Positions 38,281 to 47,206 of a DNA stretch of 56,199 nucleotides are shown here, piece after piece; the first letter of the stretch is position 1, and each line of letters starts with the position of its first letter. The position numbers were made by a program, and so were the translations under genes. The stretch spans positions 1-56,199 of the forward strand of contig DAOWGI010000082.1 of the NCBI GenBank assembly GCA_030637655.1, read 5' to 3'. The notes below the pieces were generated by a model, which made no database searches, had not been told where the DNA came from, and saw nothing but the letters and a program-made list of their open reading frames with translations. Origin of the DNA: a candidate division FCPU426 bacterium (lineage in GTDB: Bacteria > Oederibacteriota > JAAXVQ01 > JAUVAV01).

Positions 38281-39072
38281 TTACTTCCCTTCCTTCTCAG
38301 GAAATACTCCGTTTTTGACTTCCTGACGAAAAGCAGCCATGGCATCCACTGCCGCCTTCCCGAGTTGAGCATACTGCTTAACAAAGCTGGGTTTATAATC
38401 ACCAAAGAGACCGAGAATATCGTGGGTCACCAGTACTTGTCCGTCACAGTACGGTCCTGCTCCACACCCGATGGTTGGAATGCGTAAAGTCTTGGTCACC
38501 TGAGCCGCAACAGTTGCCGGTACTTTTTCCAAAACTACAGCAAAAGCTCCGGCTTTTTCCACAGCTTGCGCATCAGCCAATAATTTTTCTTGTCCTGCAG
38601 AATCCACGGCCTGGGTACGGTAGCCTCCCAATTGATGCACAGCTTGCGGGGTTAAACCAACATGTCCCATAACCGCTATATCCGCTCTAACCAACGCGGC
38701 TATCACCTCGGCCATATCTTCGCCGCCTTCCAATTTCACCGAGTGAGCGCCGCCGGCTTTAATCAAGCGTCCGGCATTCCGTATTGCTTCTTCCACAGAC
38801 ACTTGATAAGAAAGAAAAGGCATGTCCGCCACAATCAAACATCCGGGAGCGCCGCGCGCTACAGCTGCCGTATGCCGCACCATATCATCCATGGTTACCG
38901 GCAAGGTGCTGGAGTAGCCCAACATCACCTGACCCAGCGAGTCCCCAACCAGAATGACAGGCACCTCAGCCTCGGCTACTAATTTAGCCAACGAATAATC
39001 GTAGGCAGTAAGCAGGGTGAACCGTTCGCCTTTTGCTTTCCATTCCGCCAAATGGCGCGTAGTAGTACTCAT
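38281..39072 (-). CDS. panB: 3-methyl-2-oxobutanoate hydroxymethyltransferase
   Basis: LTAYD, LVGDSLG, ADMPF, VKLEGG, GHVGLTPQ, DGQVLV. Confidence 0.97.
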   Translation of the reverse strand: MSTTTRHLAEWKAKGERFTLLTAYDYSLAKLVAEAEVPVILVGDSLGQVMLGYSSTLPVTMDDMVRHTAAVARGAPGCLIVADMPFLSYQVSVEEAIRNAGRLIKAGGAHSVKLEGGEDMAEVIAALVRADIAVMGHVGLTPQAVHQLGGYRTQAVDSAGQEKLLADAQAVEKAGAFAVVLEKVPATVAAQVTKTLRIPTIGCGAGPYCDGQVLVTHDILGLFGDYKPSFVKQYAQLGKAAVDAMAAFRQEVKNGVFPEKEGK

Positions 39073-39077
39073 AATCT

Positions 39078-39722
39078 TTAACCTTGGTATCCTAGAGGAT
39101 TGTAATATTGGGTACCTTTGCCCATAGAACGAATTTGCTTTGCCAAATCGTCCAAATCCTCCCGACTGTTTACAAAATCAATCTCATTGGTATTGACTAC
39201 CAGCAAAGGTGTTTCCTGATAATGAAAAAAATAGTGGTTATAGGCCTGATTGACGCGTTCCAAATATTCCCGGTCAATTCCTTTCTCAAAATTACGGCCC
39301 CGCGCAGTCAAGCGCTGCAGCAAGACATCCGTAGAGCCCTGTAAATAGATAACCAAATCCGGTTTTAAGAACTTTTCATGCAGCATAGCGCAGAGCCGCT
39401 CATACAGATTCAATTCATTCTCGTCCAGAGTCAAATAGGCAAAAATACGGTCCTTGGTAAATAAATAATCGCAAATAATGTTCCGTTTAAAAAGATCACC
39501 CTGAGCCAATTCATGCTGCTGCCGATAACGATTTAACAGAAAAAATATCTGAGTCTGAAAAGCATAGCCCCGCATATCCCGGTAGAATTTTTCCAGAAAC
39601 GGATTTTCTTCCGCTGCTTCCAGAACTAGGCGCGCATTGAGCTCTTTAACCAGGTTTTCACACAAACTGGTCTTGCCCACACCCAAGACACCTTCTACCA
39701 CGATGTATCGATTCGCTTCCAT
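39078..39722 (-). CDS. Deoxynucleoside kinase
   Basis: VEGVLGVGKTS P-loop, NPFLEKFY, FQTQIFFLLNR, PDLVIYL; folK-dnk-panB synteny. Confidence 0.93.
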   Translation of the reverse strand: MEANRYIVVEGVLGVGKTSLCENLVKELNARLVLEAAEENPFLEKFYRDMRGYAFQTQIFFLLNRYRQQHELAQGDLFKRNIICDYLFTKDRIFAYLTLDENELNLYERLCAMLHEKFLKPDLVIYLQGSTDVLLQRLTARGRNFEKGIDREYLERVNQAYNHYFFHYQETPLLVVNTNEIDFVNSREDLDDLAKQIRSMGKGTQYYNPLGYQG

Positions 39723-39727
39723 AGGCG

Positions 39728-40246
39728 CTACTCCTCGTTTAGCTTCGCCCAGTCGGGCCCAACAGCGACACAGTACGTTCCCTGTGTTGGAATCTGCGCC
39801 AGCAACGCAGCAATGCTCTGCTTTACTTCCGGGTGCTGAACCTCTGGAGCAATCTCTGCCAATGGCACCAGCACAAAGGCCCGCTTTGTCATCTCCTGAT
39901 GCGGAATCCGCAAATCAGGTTCTGAAATAATTTCATTATTATATAATAACAGATCAACATCTAACAAGCGGGGAGCGTTTTTTTTTGCGCGCTCCCGGCC
40001 GATCTCAGCCTCTAATCCCAAACTCAATTTCAACAGCACTTTGGGGGATTTCTCAGTTGTGATACTAACAACGGCATTATAATAATCCGGCTGTGGTTCT
40101 TCGCAACCCAAAGGCGTCGTCCGGTACAATGAAGAAATTCGTTGTATTTCAATATCCGGGTCCTGGGCCAGAGTTTGCACGCACCAGCGCAATTGCATCA
40201 CCGGATTCTCCAGATTGGCTCCTAATCCTAAAAACACTTCAGGCAT
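39728..40246 (-). CDS. folK: 2-amino-4-hydroxy-6-hydroxymethyldihydropteridine diphosphokinase
   Basis: LGLGANL, SSLYRT, PRLLDVDLL, PH..M..RAFVLVPLAEI. Confidence 0.96.
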   Translation of the reverse strand: MPEVFLGLGANLENPVMQLRWCVQTLAQDPDIEIQRISSLYRTTPLGCEEPQPDYYNAVVSITTEKSPKVLLKLSLGLEAEIGRERAKKNAPRLLDVDLLLYNNEIISEPDLRIPHQEMTKRAFVLVPLAEIAPEVQHPEVKQSIAALLAQIPTQGTYCVAVGPDWAKLNEE

Positions 40247-40291
40247 ATTTTCAACCTATGTGTGTATAGCCTCAACCGTATAAGGTGTCTG

Positions 40292-40696
40292 CTATTCTCC
40301 GTCTGTTTCCATTCCCGGGTTTTTGCGTTTCACATCTTCATTGCCTTTGGACACTTCCAAAGACGTAGGCCGGGCGACTTTCCAGTCCGGATAGTGCTTG
40401 TCCATCCATTCCTTAGCCGCTTCTTGCAATGTCAGCGAGGAACCCGATTCCAATTTTCCTGCTTTAACTAAATTTTCGGTTTGCAGCCATTTATAGTTCA
40501 ATATTTCCTGATAAATATCCCGAGCTTCCGGTTCTGGTATTATCTTGCTGATCATGCGGTTTAAGTTTTGAGTATATTGGCCGTCTTTGATCGGTTCAAT
40601 AACCGCATGCCAAACATTATTGCGGGTAATTTCCACATCAACAATACCATAGCCCAGAATATTCAGTCCTTTTTGATCCAATTTAATAGCAGTCAT
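40292..40696 (-). CDS. Hypothetical protein, DUF4032-like
   Basis: 134-aa ORF with GAGGT RBS; YQEILNYKWLQTE resembles the DUF4032 C-terminal motif. Confidence 0.65.
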   Translation of the reverse strand: MTAIKLDQKGLNILGYGIVDVEITRNNVWHAVIEPIKDGQYTQNLNRMISKIIPEPEARDIYQEILNYKWLQTENLVKAGKLESGSSLTLQEAAKEWMDKHYPDWKVARPTSLEVSKGNEDVKRKNPGMETDGE

Positions 40697-40825
40697 TTTT
40701 CTCTACCTCTCATTCCCGGCAAATTAGATATCTCTAAAACAAATCTGCCAGCCAATTTATTAAACATAAAGCATAGCAAAAAAAAAGCCTGCACTCCATT
40801 AATTTTCCACATTTTTTAGGGCCTC

Positions 40826-40937
40826 CCTAACCCGGACAAGCCGGAACCAAAAAGGCATATTCACTGCATACCCAAAAAACGGGCACAAGGAGACACATAG
40901 ATTGTTCTATGTAGAGACGCGATTAATCGCGTCTCTA
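40826..40937. repeat. Left arm of a 112-bp inverted repeat flanking dapB; ends in the REP-like palindrome GTAGAGACGCGATTAATCGCGTCTCTAC
   Basis: Reverse complement of 41767..41878 with 4 mismatches by manual alignment. Confidence 0.95.
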
Positions 40938-40944
40938 CAGTTAC

Positions 40945-41802
40945 TTATTTTGTCTTTATTCCCAAGACATCTGACATGTGATAAAAACCCGGGTCCTGCT
41001 TTTTTACCCAGGTCGCGGCACGCACCGCACCTCTGGCAAAAACATCCCGGGAATGCGCTTGATGCTTCAATTCAATACGTTCACCCGGTCCGGCAAAGAG
41101 CGCAATGTGTTCTCCCACAATATCACCGGCGCGCACGGCGTGCACGCCAATCTCTTCTTTCCTACGCACACCAGGCATACCGACTCTGCCGTGGATAGCA
41201 GATTTTTGCGGGTCCAGACCCTTGCCTCGGGCAATGGCTTCCAACAAAGTAACTGCCGTGCCGGAAGGAGCATCTTTTTTAAGATTATGATGGCTCTCAA
41301 TGATTTCAGCATCGTATGCTTCACCCAAAATACCTGCTGCCTGCTCGGCCAGCGCCCACAACACATTAACACCCGTGGAAAAGTTGGTTGCATACACAAC
41401 GGCAATCTTCTCCCCGGCTTTTTGCAGCATGGTCAATTGCTCTGAAGTCATCCCGGTAGTCCCAACAATTAGAGCACAGCCGGTCTCCACCGCATGCCTA
41501 ACAATTGCCACTGTGGCGTCAGGAGCTGTAAAATCAATCACAATCTCACTCTTGGCAATCGCCGCGGCGGCAGAATCGCCCACTACCACATACGCCGCTA
41601 CCAACCCGGCCAAGACTCCGGCATCCTGTCCAATACTGGGATGATCTTTTCTGTCCCACGCAGCTGAAAGCGAGAGTTCCGGATGTTCCACCACTGCCCG
41701 CACCAAAGCTCTTCCCATTTTTCCGGCTGCACCGGCAATTCCCCCCTTGATAATGGTGCTCCACCTTAGAGACGCGATTAATCGCGTCTCTACATAGAAC
41801 AA
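40945..41802 (-). CDS. dapB: 4-hydroxy-tetrahydrodipicolinate reductase (start uncertain: TTG 41802 in the repeat, or ATT 41754)
   Basis: GAAGKMG, VIDFT, VGTTG, NFSTG, ESHHNLKKDAPSGTA, RAGDIVGEH, FARGA. Confidence 0.96.
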   Translation of the reverse strand: MFYVETRLIASLRWSTIIKGGIAGAAGKMGRALVRAVVEHPELSLSAAWDRKDHPSIGQDAGVLAGLVAAYVVVGDSAAAAIAKSEIVIDFTAPDATVAIVRHAVETGCALIVGTTGMTSEQLTMLQKAGEKIAVVYATNFSTGVNVLWALAEQAAGILGEAYDAEIIESHHNLKKDAPSGTAVTLLEAIARGKGLDPQKSAIHGRVGMPGVRRKEEIGVHAVRAGDIVGEHIALFAGPGERIELKHQAHSRDVFARGAVRAATWVKKQDPGFYHMSDVLGIKTK

Positions 41803-41878
41803 TCTATGTGTCTCCTTGTGCCCGTTTTTTGGGTATGCGGTGAATATGCCTTTTTGTTTCCAACTTGTCCGGGTTAGG
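41767..41878. repeat. Right arm of the 112-bp inverted repeat flanking dapB; overlaps the dapA stop codon
   Basis: Inverted copy of 40826..40937; its outer ttagg contains the dapA TAA. Confidence 0.95.
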
Positions 41879-42752
41879 ACAATAGTCCGAACTGCTGCAA
41901 CGCAATTCTTATTTTTTCACGAGTTTCCTCTGCAACGCCTACCAGCGGCAGTCGAACCTCAGCAGAACACAGTCCCATTAATTCCATGGCTGCTTTTACC
42001 GGTGTGGGATTGCTTTCCAAAAACAAGGCCTTGACCATGGGCAGCATGGTTTCATGCCGGGTCAAGGCTTCGCTGAATTTTCCAGCCAAACAATCGGCCA
42101 CAAAGTCAGCTGTCTGACGGGGCGCAATATTGGCAATTACTGAGATAACACCTTTACCGCCAACCGCTATAATCGGCAAGGTCAGCGCATCATCTCCGGA
42201 AATAATGGCGACTTTTTCATCCAACAGGGAATGCAAACGGCTGATCTGCTCTAAATTTCCCGACGCTTCTTTTACAGCTACCAGCAACGGGCAATCCTTT
42301 GCGATCCGGGCAATGGTTTCCGGCAAGACATTGATGCCGGTTCTGCCTTGAATATTATATAAAACCATAGGAAAATCAGCAGACTCAGCTAATTTAATAA
42401 AATGTTGATACACGCCCTCTTGCGTGGGTTTGTTATAATACGGTGTAATCTGCAACGAAGCTGTGGCTCCGGCGGCACGGGCTGCTTTGGTCAGTTCAAT
42501 AGCTTCTGCAGTGTTGTTGGATCCTGTTCCGGCAATCACCGGCACCCGGCCGGCTGTCAATTGAACAACTAAATCAATGACCCTATGGTGCTCAGCAACA
42601 CTTAACGTTGCCGATTCACCGGTGGTTCCACACGGCACCAATACTTTGGTTCCGTTCTCAATCTGAAAATCAATCAGTTTTTTTAATGACGCTTCATCCA
42701 CTTTTCCGTCTTTGAACGGTGTCACAATCGCAACCATTGATCCTGTATACAT
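41874..42752 (-). CDS. dapA: 4-hydroxy-tetrahydrodipicolinate synthase
   Basis: AIVTPF, CGTTGES, PYYNKP, LYNIQGRTG, VKEASG, SGDD, NPTPVK. Confidence 0.97.
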   Translation of the reverse strand: MYTGSMVAIVTPFKDGKVDEASLKKLIDFQIENGTKVLVPCGTTGESATLSVAEHHRVIDLVVQLTAGRVPVIAGTGSNNTAEAIELTKAARAAGATASLQITPYYNKPTQEGVYQHFIKLAESADFPMVLYNIQGRTGINVLPETIARIAKDCPLLVAVKEASGNLEQISRLHSLLDEKVAIISGDDALTLPIIAVGGKGVISVIANIAPRQTADFVADCLAGKFSEALTRHETMLPMVKALFLESNPTPVKAAMELMGLCSAEVRLPLVGVAEETREKIRIALQQFGLLS

Positions 42753-42825
42753 TTTCTTCCTCCTCGCAACAAAAACTAATTACTACTATATGAACATGTT
42801 CAATTGGCAAATCTAAAATTCGCCA

Positions 42826-43674
42826 TTATTTACTATTCGCCGGGAGAAACGCCGTAGCCTCTTCAGAACTTTCGCCCCAATAAATCAGCCGCGCTTCGCC
42901 TTGTTGGAATATGTCCGCAAATCCATCGCCCTCCAAGCGAAACTCCATGGTCAATTCCACCTGGCTGTGAGTTTTCACTTTGACCGGAGATTGTACCAGG
43001 CCCCGCTTGGCAGCCAACAACGCAGCCGCGGCCGCGCCCGTACCACAAGCTAAGGTTTCATCCTCAACACCACGCTCATAGGTGCGAACCACCAGATGAT
43101 GTTGATCCACGACCTGACAAAAATTCACATTAGTGCCTTGCGGTTGAAACTGCGGATGCTGCCGGACCTCTCTGCCCAGTTTAACCACAGGTTCGGTTTC
43201 TACTTTGTCTGAAAAAAACACGGCGTGCGGAACTCCGGTGTCAATAAAATCCACTTGACGTTCTCCACCGCTTAATGCCAACGAAATGTCTTGACGATAA
43301 CCGGCAGGTGGAATAATACTTAACTTTACTTGTTCTCCGTGTACTTTGGCCGTGTACTTTCCTGACAGGGCCATAAAGGTAAGTACTTGACCTTCCTTTC
43401 CGGCTCCCACCAAAACCGCAAAACGCGAGATACAACGTCCGCCATTGCCACACATCGCCGCTTCCGAACCGTCCGCGTTATAATAGCGCATGCGAAAATC
43501 CGCATCCGGAGCCGCGCTAAGAATCAGCAATCCATCCGCACCTACGGAAAGGCGGCGTGCGCACAATTTCTGTATTTTTTGCACATTAATGTCAGGCAGC
43601 GTATTGCCACGATTGTCAATGACAATAAAATCATTCCCTGCGCCTGACATTTTTGCAAAACGATAGGAAGTCAT
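42826..43674 (-). CDS. dapF: Diaminopimelate epimerase
   Basis: KMSGAGNDF, GADG, NADGS..MCGNGGRC, GVPH, YERGVEDETLACGTG. Confidence 0.97.
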   Translation of the reverse strand: MTSYRFAKMSGAGNDFIVIDNRGNTLPDINVQKIQKLCARRLSVGADGLLILSAAPDADFRMRYYNADGSEAAMCGNGGRCISRFAVLVGAGKEGQVLTFMALSGKYTAKVHGEQVKLSIIPPAGYRQDISLALSGGERQVDFIDTGVPHAVFFSDKVETEPVVKLGREVRQHPQFQPQGTNVNFCQVVDQHHLVVRTYERGVEDETLACGTGAAAAALLAAKRGLVQSPVKVKTHSQVELTMEFRLEGDGFADIFQQGEARLIYWGESSEEATAFLPANSK

Positions 43675-43704
43675 TTCCTGCCACTCCTCTTCCCGGCGAA
43701 CTGC

Positions 43705-44970
43705 TTAGTTTTTTAGCATTGCCAATTCCGGAGCCAATACCTCCGCCATGATTTCGCGTTTGCGAATCAATTTAGCCTTACTCCCTGCAACCAAGACTTC
43801 CGCCGGTCGGGGCCGGGAATTATAATTGGAAGCCATTACCATACCATAAGCTCCGGCACTGCGCACTGCCAGCAAATCACCACTTTCCAGATTTGGCAAA
43901 TGCCGGTCCTTGCCTAAAAAATCTCCGGATTCGCAAATCGGACCAACCACATCTGTGAGCACGGTTTTTCCTCCGCGCTTGCTGATTACAGGCAAAATTT
44001 GATGAAAGGCGCCGTACAAACTGGGACGAATGAGATCATTCATTCCGGCATCCACAATCGCAAAAGACTTTAAGTGTCCACGCTTTACGTACTGCACCTC
44101 AGTGACCAGGATACCGGCATTGCCGACAATAAAACGGCCTGGTTCCAGGATCAGTTTGCACTTGAGCGGCCGGATCAAAGGCGCCACCGCTTGGGCAAAT
44201 TCATTGGCGGTCTGCGGCCGTTCTTCATTATAGATAATACCCAAACCACCACCCAAATTAAAATACTCAATGTCAAAATCTTCCCGCCGCAATTCCGCGA
44301 TCATTTTGCTCATCCGTCGAATGGCCTGCAAGTAGGGTGTGGCGCTGGTTATCTGCGAACCAATATGCATATGCACCCCAATGGGCTTGATATGCTTTAA
44401 GCGCCGGGTACTACGGAAGAGATCCATGGCCAAGGGAATAGTCAGACCGAATTTGTTTTCCTTTTTCCCGGTCGTAATATATTTATGCGTTTTAGCATCC
44501 ACATCCGGATTAATTCGAAAAGCTACTTGCGCGCAGGTTTTCATTTTTTGCGCCACCCGATTGATCAAACGCGCCTCTGGTTCGGATTCCACATTAAACA
44601 TCAGAATGCCTGCCCGTAAGGCAGCGATGATTTCTTTTTCCGTTTTCCCAACTCCGGCATATACCATACACCGGGTCGGCACCTTAACTGCCAGTCCGCG
44701 TTCCAACTCACCTTGCGAGACAATGTCCAAACCGGTCCCCTGCTCAGCCAACAGACGCAAAATAGTTAAATTGGAATTGGCCTTCACAGAATAACAAATC
44801 AAGGGGTTCAACTCAGCAAAAGCGTTCTTTATTTTATTATAATGAGAAAGAATCGTATTCCGGCTATAGATATACAGCGGCGTTCCATGGATTTTCACCA
44901 ACTTGGATATTGGCATATCTTCACAGTACAATTCACCCTTTCTCTTTAAAAAATCATCCATAAAAAGCAC
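43705..44970 (-). CDS. lysA: Diaminopimelate decarboxylase (start may be ATG 44961)
   Basis: GTPLYIY, YSVKANSN, HIGSQ, LGGG, EPGR, GPICESGD, GAYG..MASNYN. Confidence 0.97.
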   Translation of the reverse strand: MLFMDDFLKRKGELYCEDMPISKLVKIHGTPLYIYSRNTILSHYNKIKNAFAELNPLICYSVKANSNLTILRLLAEQGTGLDIVSQGELERGLAVKVPTRCMVYAGVGKTEKEIIAALRAGILMFNVESEPEARLINRVAQKMKTCAQVAFRINPDVDAKTHKYITTGKKENKFGLTIPLAMDLFRSTRRLKHIKPIGVHMHIGSQITSATPYLQAIRRMSKMIAELRREDFDIEYFNLGGGLGIIYNEERPQTANEFAQAVAPLIRPLKCKLILEPGRFIVGNAGILVTEVQYVKRGHLKSFAIVDAGMNDLIRPSLYGAFHQILPVISKRGGKTVLTDVVGPICESGDFLGKDRHLPNLESGDLLAVRSAGAYGMVMASNYNSRPRPAEVLVAGSKAKLIRKREIMAEVLAPELAMLKN

Positions 44971-44995
44971 ACCACCCTATTAAAAATTAAAGGAA

Positions 44996-45025
44996 AATGT
45001 AGCACAAACGCCTGCGGCTTGTCAA
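44996..45025 (-). promoter_or_regulatory. Putative sigma70 promoter of the lysA-dapF-dapA-dapB operon
   Basis: TTGACA-18 nt-TACATT with TG extension on the minus strand, just upstream of lysA. Confidence 0.55.
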
Positions 45026-45040
45026 TCTACGTCCCAGACC

Positions 45041-45128
45041 GTAGAGACGCACATTGTAGAGACGCGCATTATAGAGATGCGCATTGTAGAGACGTACATT
45101 GTAGAGACGCGATTAATCGCGTCTCTAC
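45041..45128. repeat. Four tandem 15-bp REP half-sites followed by a full 28-bp REP-like palindrome
   Basis: gtagagacgcacatt, gtagagacgcgcatt, atagagatgcgcatt, gtagagacgtacatt, then gtagagacgcgattaatcgcgtctctac. Confidence 0.9.
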
Positions 45129-45170
45129 GTGTGAAATCATATCAATCGTGATTAACCCTTGGCGTACGAT

Positions 45171-45839
45171 CTAAAAATCGCCGGCCAGACTGATATGCTG
45201 TATTTGTTCGAAATCAGCAGTGACCTCATAATTCAACCGCCATTGCCACTTCCTGATACACCAACCAACACCTATAGCAACACCATCATAGACCTGACTG
45301 GCATTACTTAGTTGGTATTCAATCGAAGAATGCAAATCATCGGACCAATCGACCTGAGATCCGAATTGGAACCGCATCACATCATCAAAGGGAGCCTCGA
45401 CTTTAGCCTTGAGTTTCAACTTTGAATTTACACAATAGGTGGAATCCACCTCAATTTCCACCGGCAAAAAACGGCCGCAATTTAAATATTTATTCAAATC
45501 TTCATCCGCATACACCCGCATTTTCATGTGTATGGGAATTTCCAGGTTTTGGTACAACGTATTAATATCCATTGCCACACCGGTCTGCATGTTCTGCATA
45601 TCCATAGCCAACCACGAGACACCGATCTCACGAATCAATTGCTCTCGAAAATATTCGCGTAAATGTTCCTGACCGCGGCTCAAATAGTGGTGTTTTACTT
45701 CTTCCGAAGCTTCAATGGTTTCTCCGTACAGAGCAGCACTTTGCAAAGCAAGTGCCTGATACTGTTCGGCTGCTGCGGAAGATATTAAACCTCCCACTAT
45801 TATCATGCTATATGTGATTACTTGTATCGCACGAGACAT
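45171..45839 (-). CDS. Hypothetical exported protein, possible small outer-membrane beta-barrel
   Basis: Signal peptide, alternating beta-strand pattern in the C-terminal half, terminal Phe. Confidence 0.7.
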   Translation of the reverse strand: MSRAIQVITYSMIIVGGLISSAAAEQYQALALQSAALYGETIEASEEVKHHYLSRGQEHLREYFREQLIREIGVSWLAMDMQNMQTGVAMDINTLYQNLEIPIHMKMRVYADEDLNKYLNCGRFLPVEIEVDSTYCVNSKLKLKAKVEAPFDDVMRFQFGSQVDWSDDLHSSIEYQLSNASQVYDGVAIGVGWCIRKWQWRLNYEVTADFEQIQHISLAGDF

Positions 45840-45870
45840 AAAGGTATCCCCTAGTTTTTTCTACCTATAT

Positions 45871-45899
45871 ATTATATACAGGAAAAAAGCTGCTGTCAA
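45871..45899 (-). promoter_or_regulatory. Consensus sigma70 promoter for 45171..45839
   Basis: TTGACA-17 nt-TATAAT on the minus strand; the -35 box overlaps the folC stop. Confidence 0.75.
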
Positions 45900-47206
45900 A
45901 TACCCAAACCAACCTTTTTCAGAACTCGCCGGGCCGGCTCAATATTGTACAACGATCCAATAATTAAGATCGGCAGCTGAGAATTTGACTTAAACAGCGC
46001 TTGGCGCAGGGCCTCAGAATAATTGCCGGTAAAAACAGCCTTTTTTCCGAGCTTGTAAAAGATTTCCGCCAATTCCCGGGCTGGAATTGCCCTCTCATCC
46101 GGGGGGCTGACTGTGATAATATGCTCTGCAATGGGCAGCAATTGTTGACACATGGCAGGCACATCTTTGTCGCTCATCATCCCGGTAATTACTACTACCT
46201 TTTTTCGGCCGCATCTCCAGGCTTCAGTGGCCGCCAACAGGGCGGCCGGATTGTGTGCTCCATCCAAAAAAACCGGAGGTTTTTTACTCACTTGCTCGAG
46301 GCGGCCCGGCCAGTGTACGGATTGAAATCCCTTTTTGATGTCCGTCTGTGTAATCGTCATTCCTGACAACTCTATTTTTTCCAGAGCCAACAGTGCCAAG
46401 CCGGCATTGTCCAGCTGAAATGTGCCGGCCAAGGGCAAACATAGCGGCCCATAATGTTGCTGTACAGAGTGAAAGGCAGCTAAGAATCCCTGGGACACTT
46501 TTTTCCAGGACTGAATCCGCATGTCATCCTTTTTTTGCCGGCCGGAAAAAAAAACCGGAAAGCCTTTTTGGCGCCCCTGCGCTTTGATGTGCTTTCTCAG
46601 CTGCGTATCTGTCTCAGCGGATAAAAATGGAATTCCCGGCCGGGCAATGCCCAATTTTTCACGACAAATAGCTAATTTGGTGCTTCCCAGTTGTGTGGTA
46701 TGTTCCAATTGTACTTGTGTGAGCAGGCTCAACACATTGTTACCCCAGGCAGTAGTTGCATCCAAGCGGCCGCCCATGCCCACCTCAACCACTGCCATAT
46801 CCACCCTCGCTTGATGAAATGCTTCCGCTGCCAAAACTGTCCAGGCTTCAAACGTGGTAGCCGGATCTTTGCGTTGGTGCAGGTAGCGCAAACCAGGCAG
46901 CAGGCGCTCCAGGGCCCTAACAAACGCAGCGCGTGTGATTATTTTACCCTGAATGGCAATGCGCTCGCGTTCATCCCGCAAATGCGGAGAAGTAAAGCGT
47001 CCAACACGGAGCCCGGCCTGCAGCAATACTGAGGAAAGGATGGCTGCCACAGAGCCTTTGCCATTGGTCCCTGTAATCTGTATCATGGGATATGCTTTTT
47101 GAGGATGCTGGAGCATATGAAGTAATTTTTTGCTGCGTTTGAGGCCGGGTTGTATTGCCCGCACAGTCAGCCGATGCAAGGCTGTGCGGGCTTGCGTGTA
47201 GGTCAT
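45896..47206 (-). CDS. folC: Folylpolyglutamate synthase/dihydrofolate synthase
   Basis: ITGTNGKGS, FTSPHL, EVGMGGRLDAT, WPGRLE, LDGAHNP, GSLY; follows accD. Confidence 0.95.
   Translation of the reverse strand: MTYTQARTALHRLTVRAIQPGLKRSKKLLHMLQHPQKAYPMIQITGTNGKGSVAAILSSVLLQAGLRVGRFTSPHLRDERERIAIQGKIITRAAFVRALERLLPGLRYLHQRKDPATTFEAWTVLAAEAFHQARVDMAVVEVGMGGRLDATTAWGNNVLSLLTQVQLEHTTQLGSTKLAICREKLGIARPGIPFLSAETDTQLRKHIKAQGRQKGFPVFFSGRQKKDDMRIQSWKKVSQGFLAAFHSVQQHYGPLCLPLAGTFQLDNAGLALLALEKIELSGMTITQTDIKKGFQSVHWPGRLEQVSKKPPVFLDGAHNPAALLAATEAWRCGRKKVVVITGMMSDKDVPAMCQQLLPIAEHIITVSPPDERAIPARELAEIFYKLGKKAVFTGNYSEALRQALFKSNSQLPILIIGSLYNIEPARRVLKKVGLGI

Noticed and set aside
40902-41198. Plus-strand ORF MFYVETRLIASLQ...
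   Set aside because: It arises from the repeat arm and runs antisense to dapB; there is no independent coding evidence.
45041-45128. Possible CRISPR array
   Set aside because: Units are 15 bp, contiguous and have no spacers; no cas genes are in the window.
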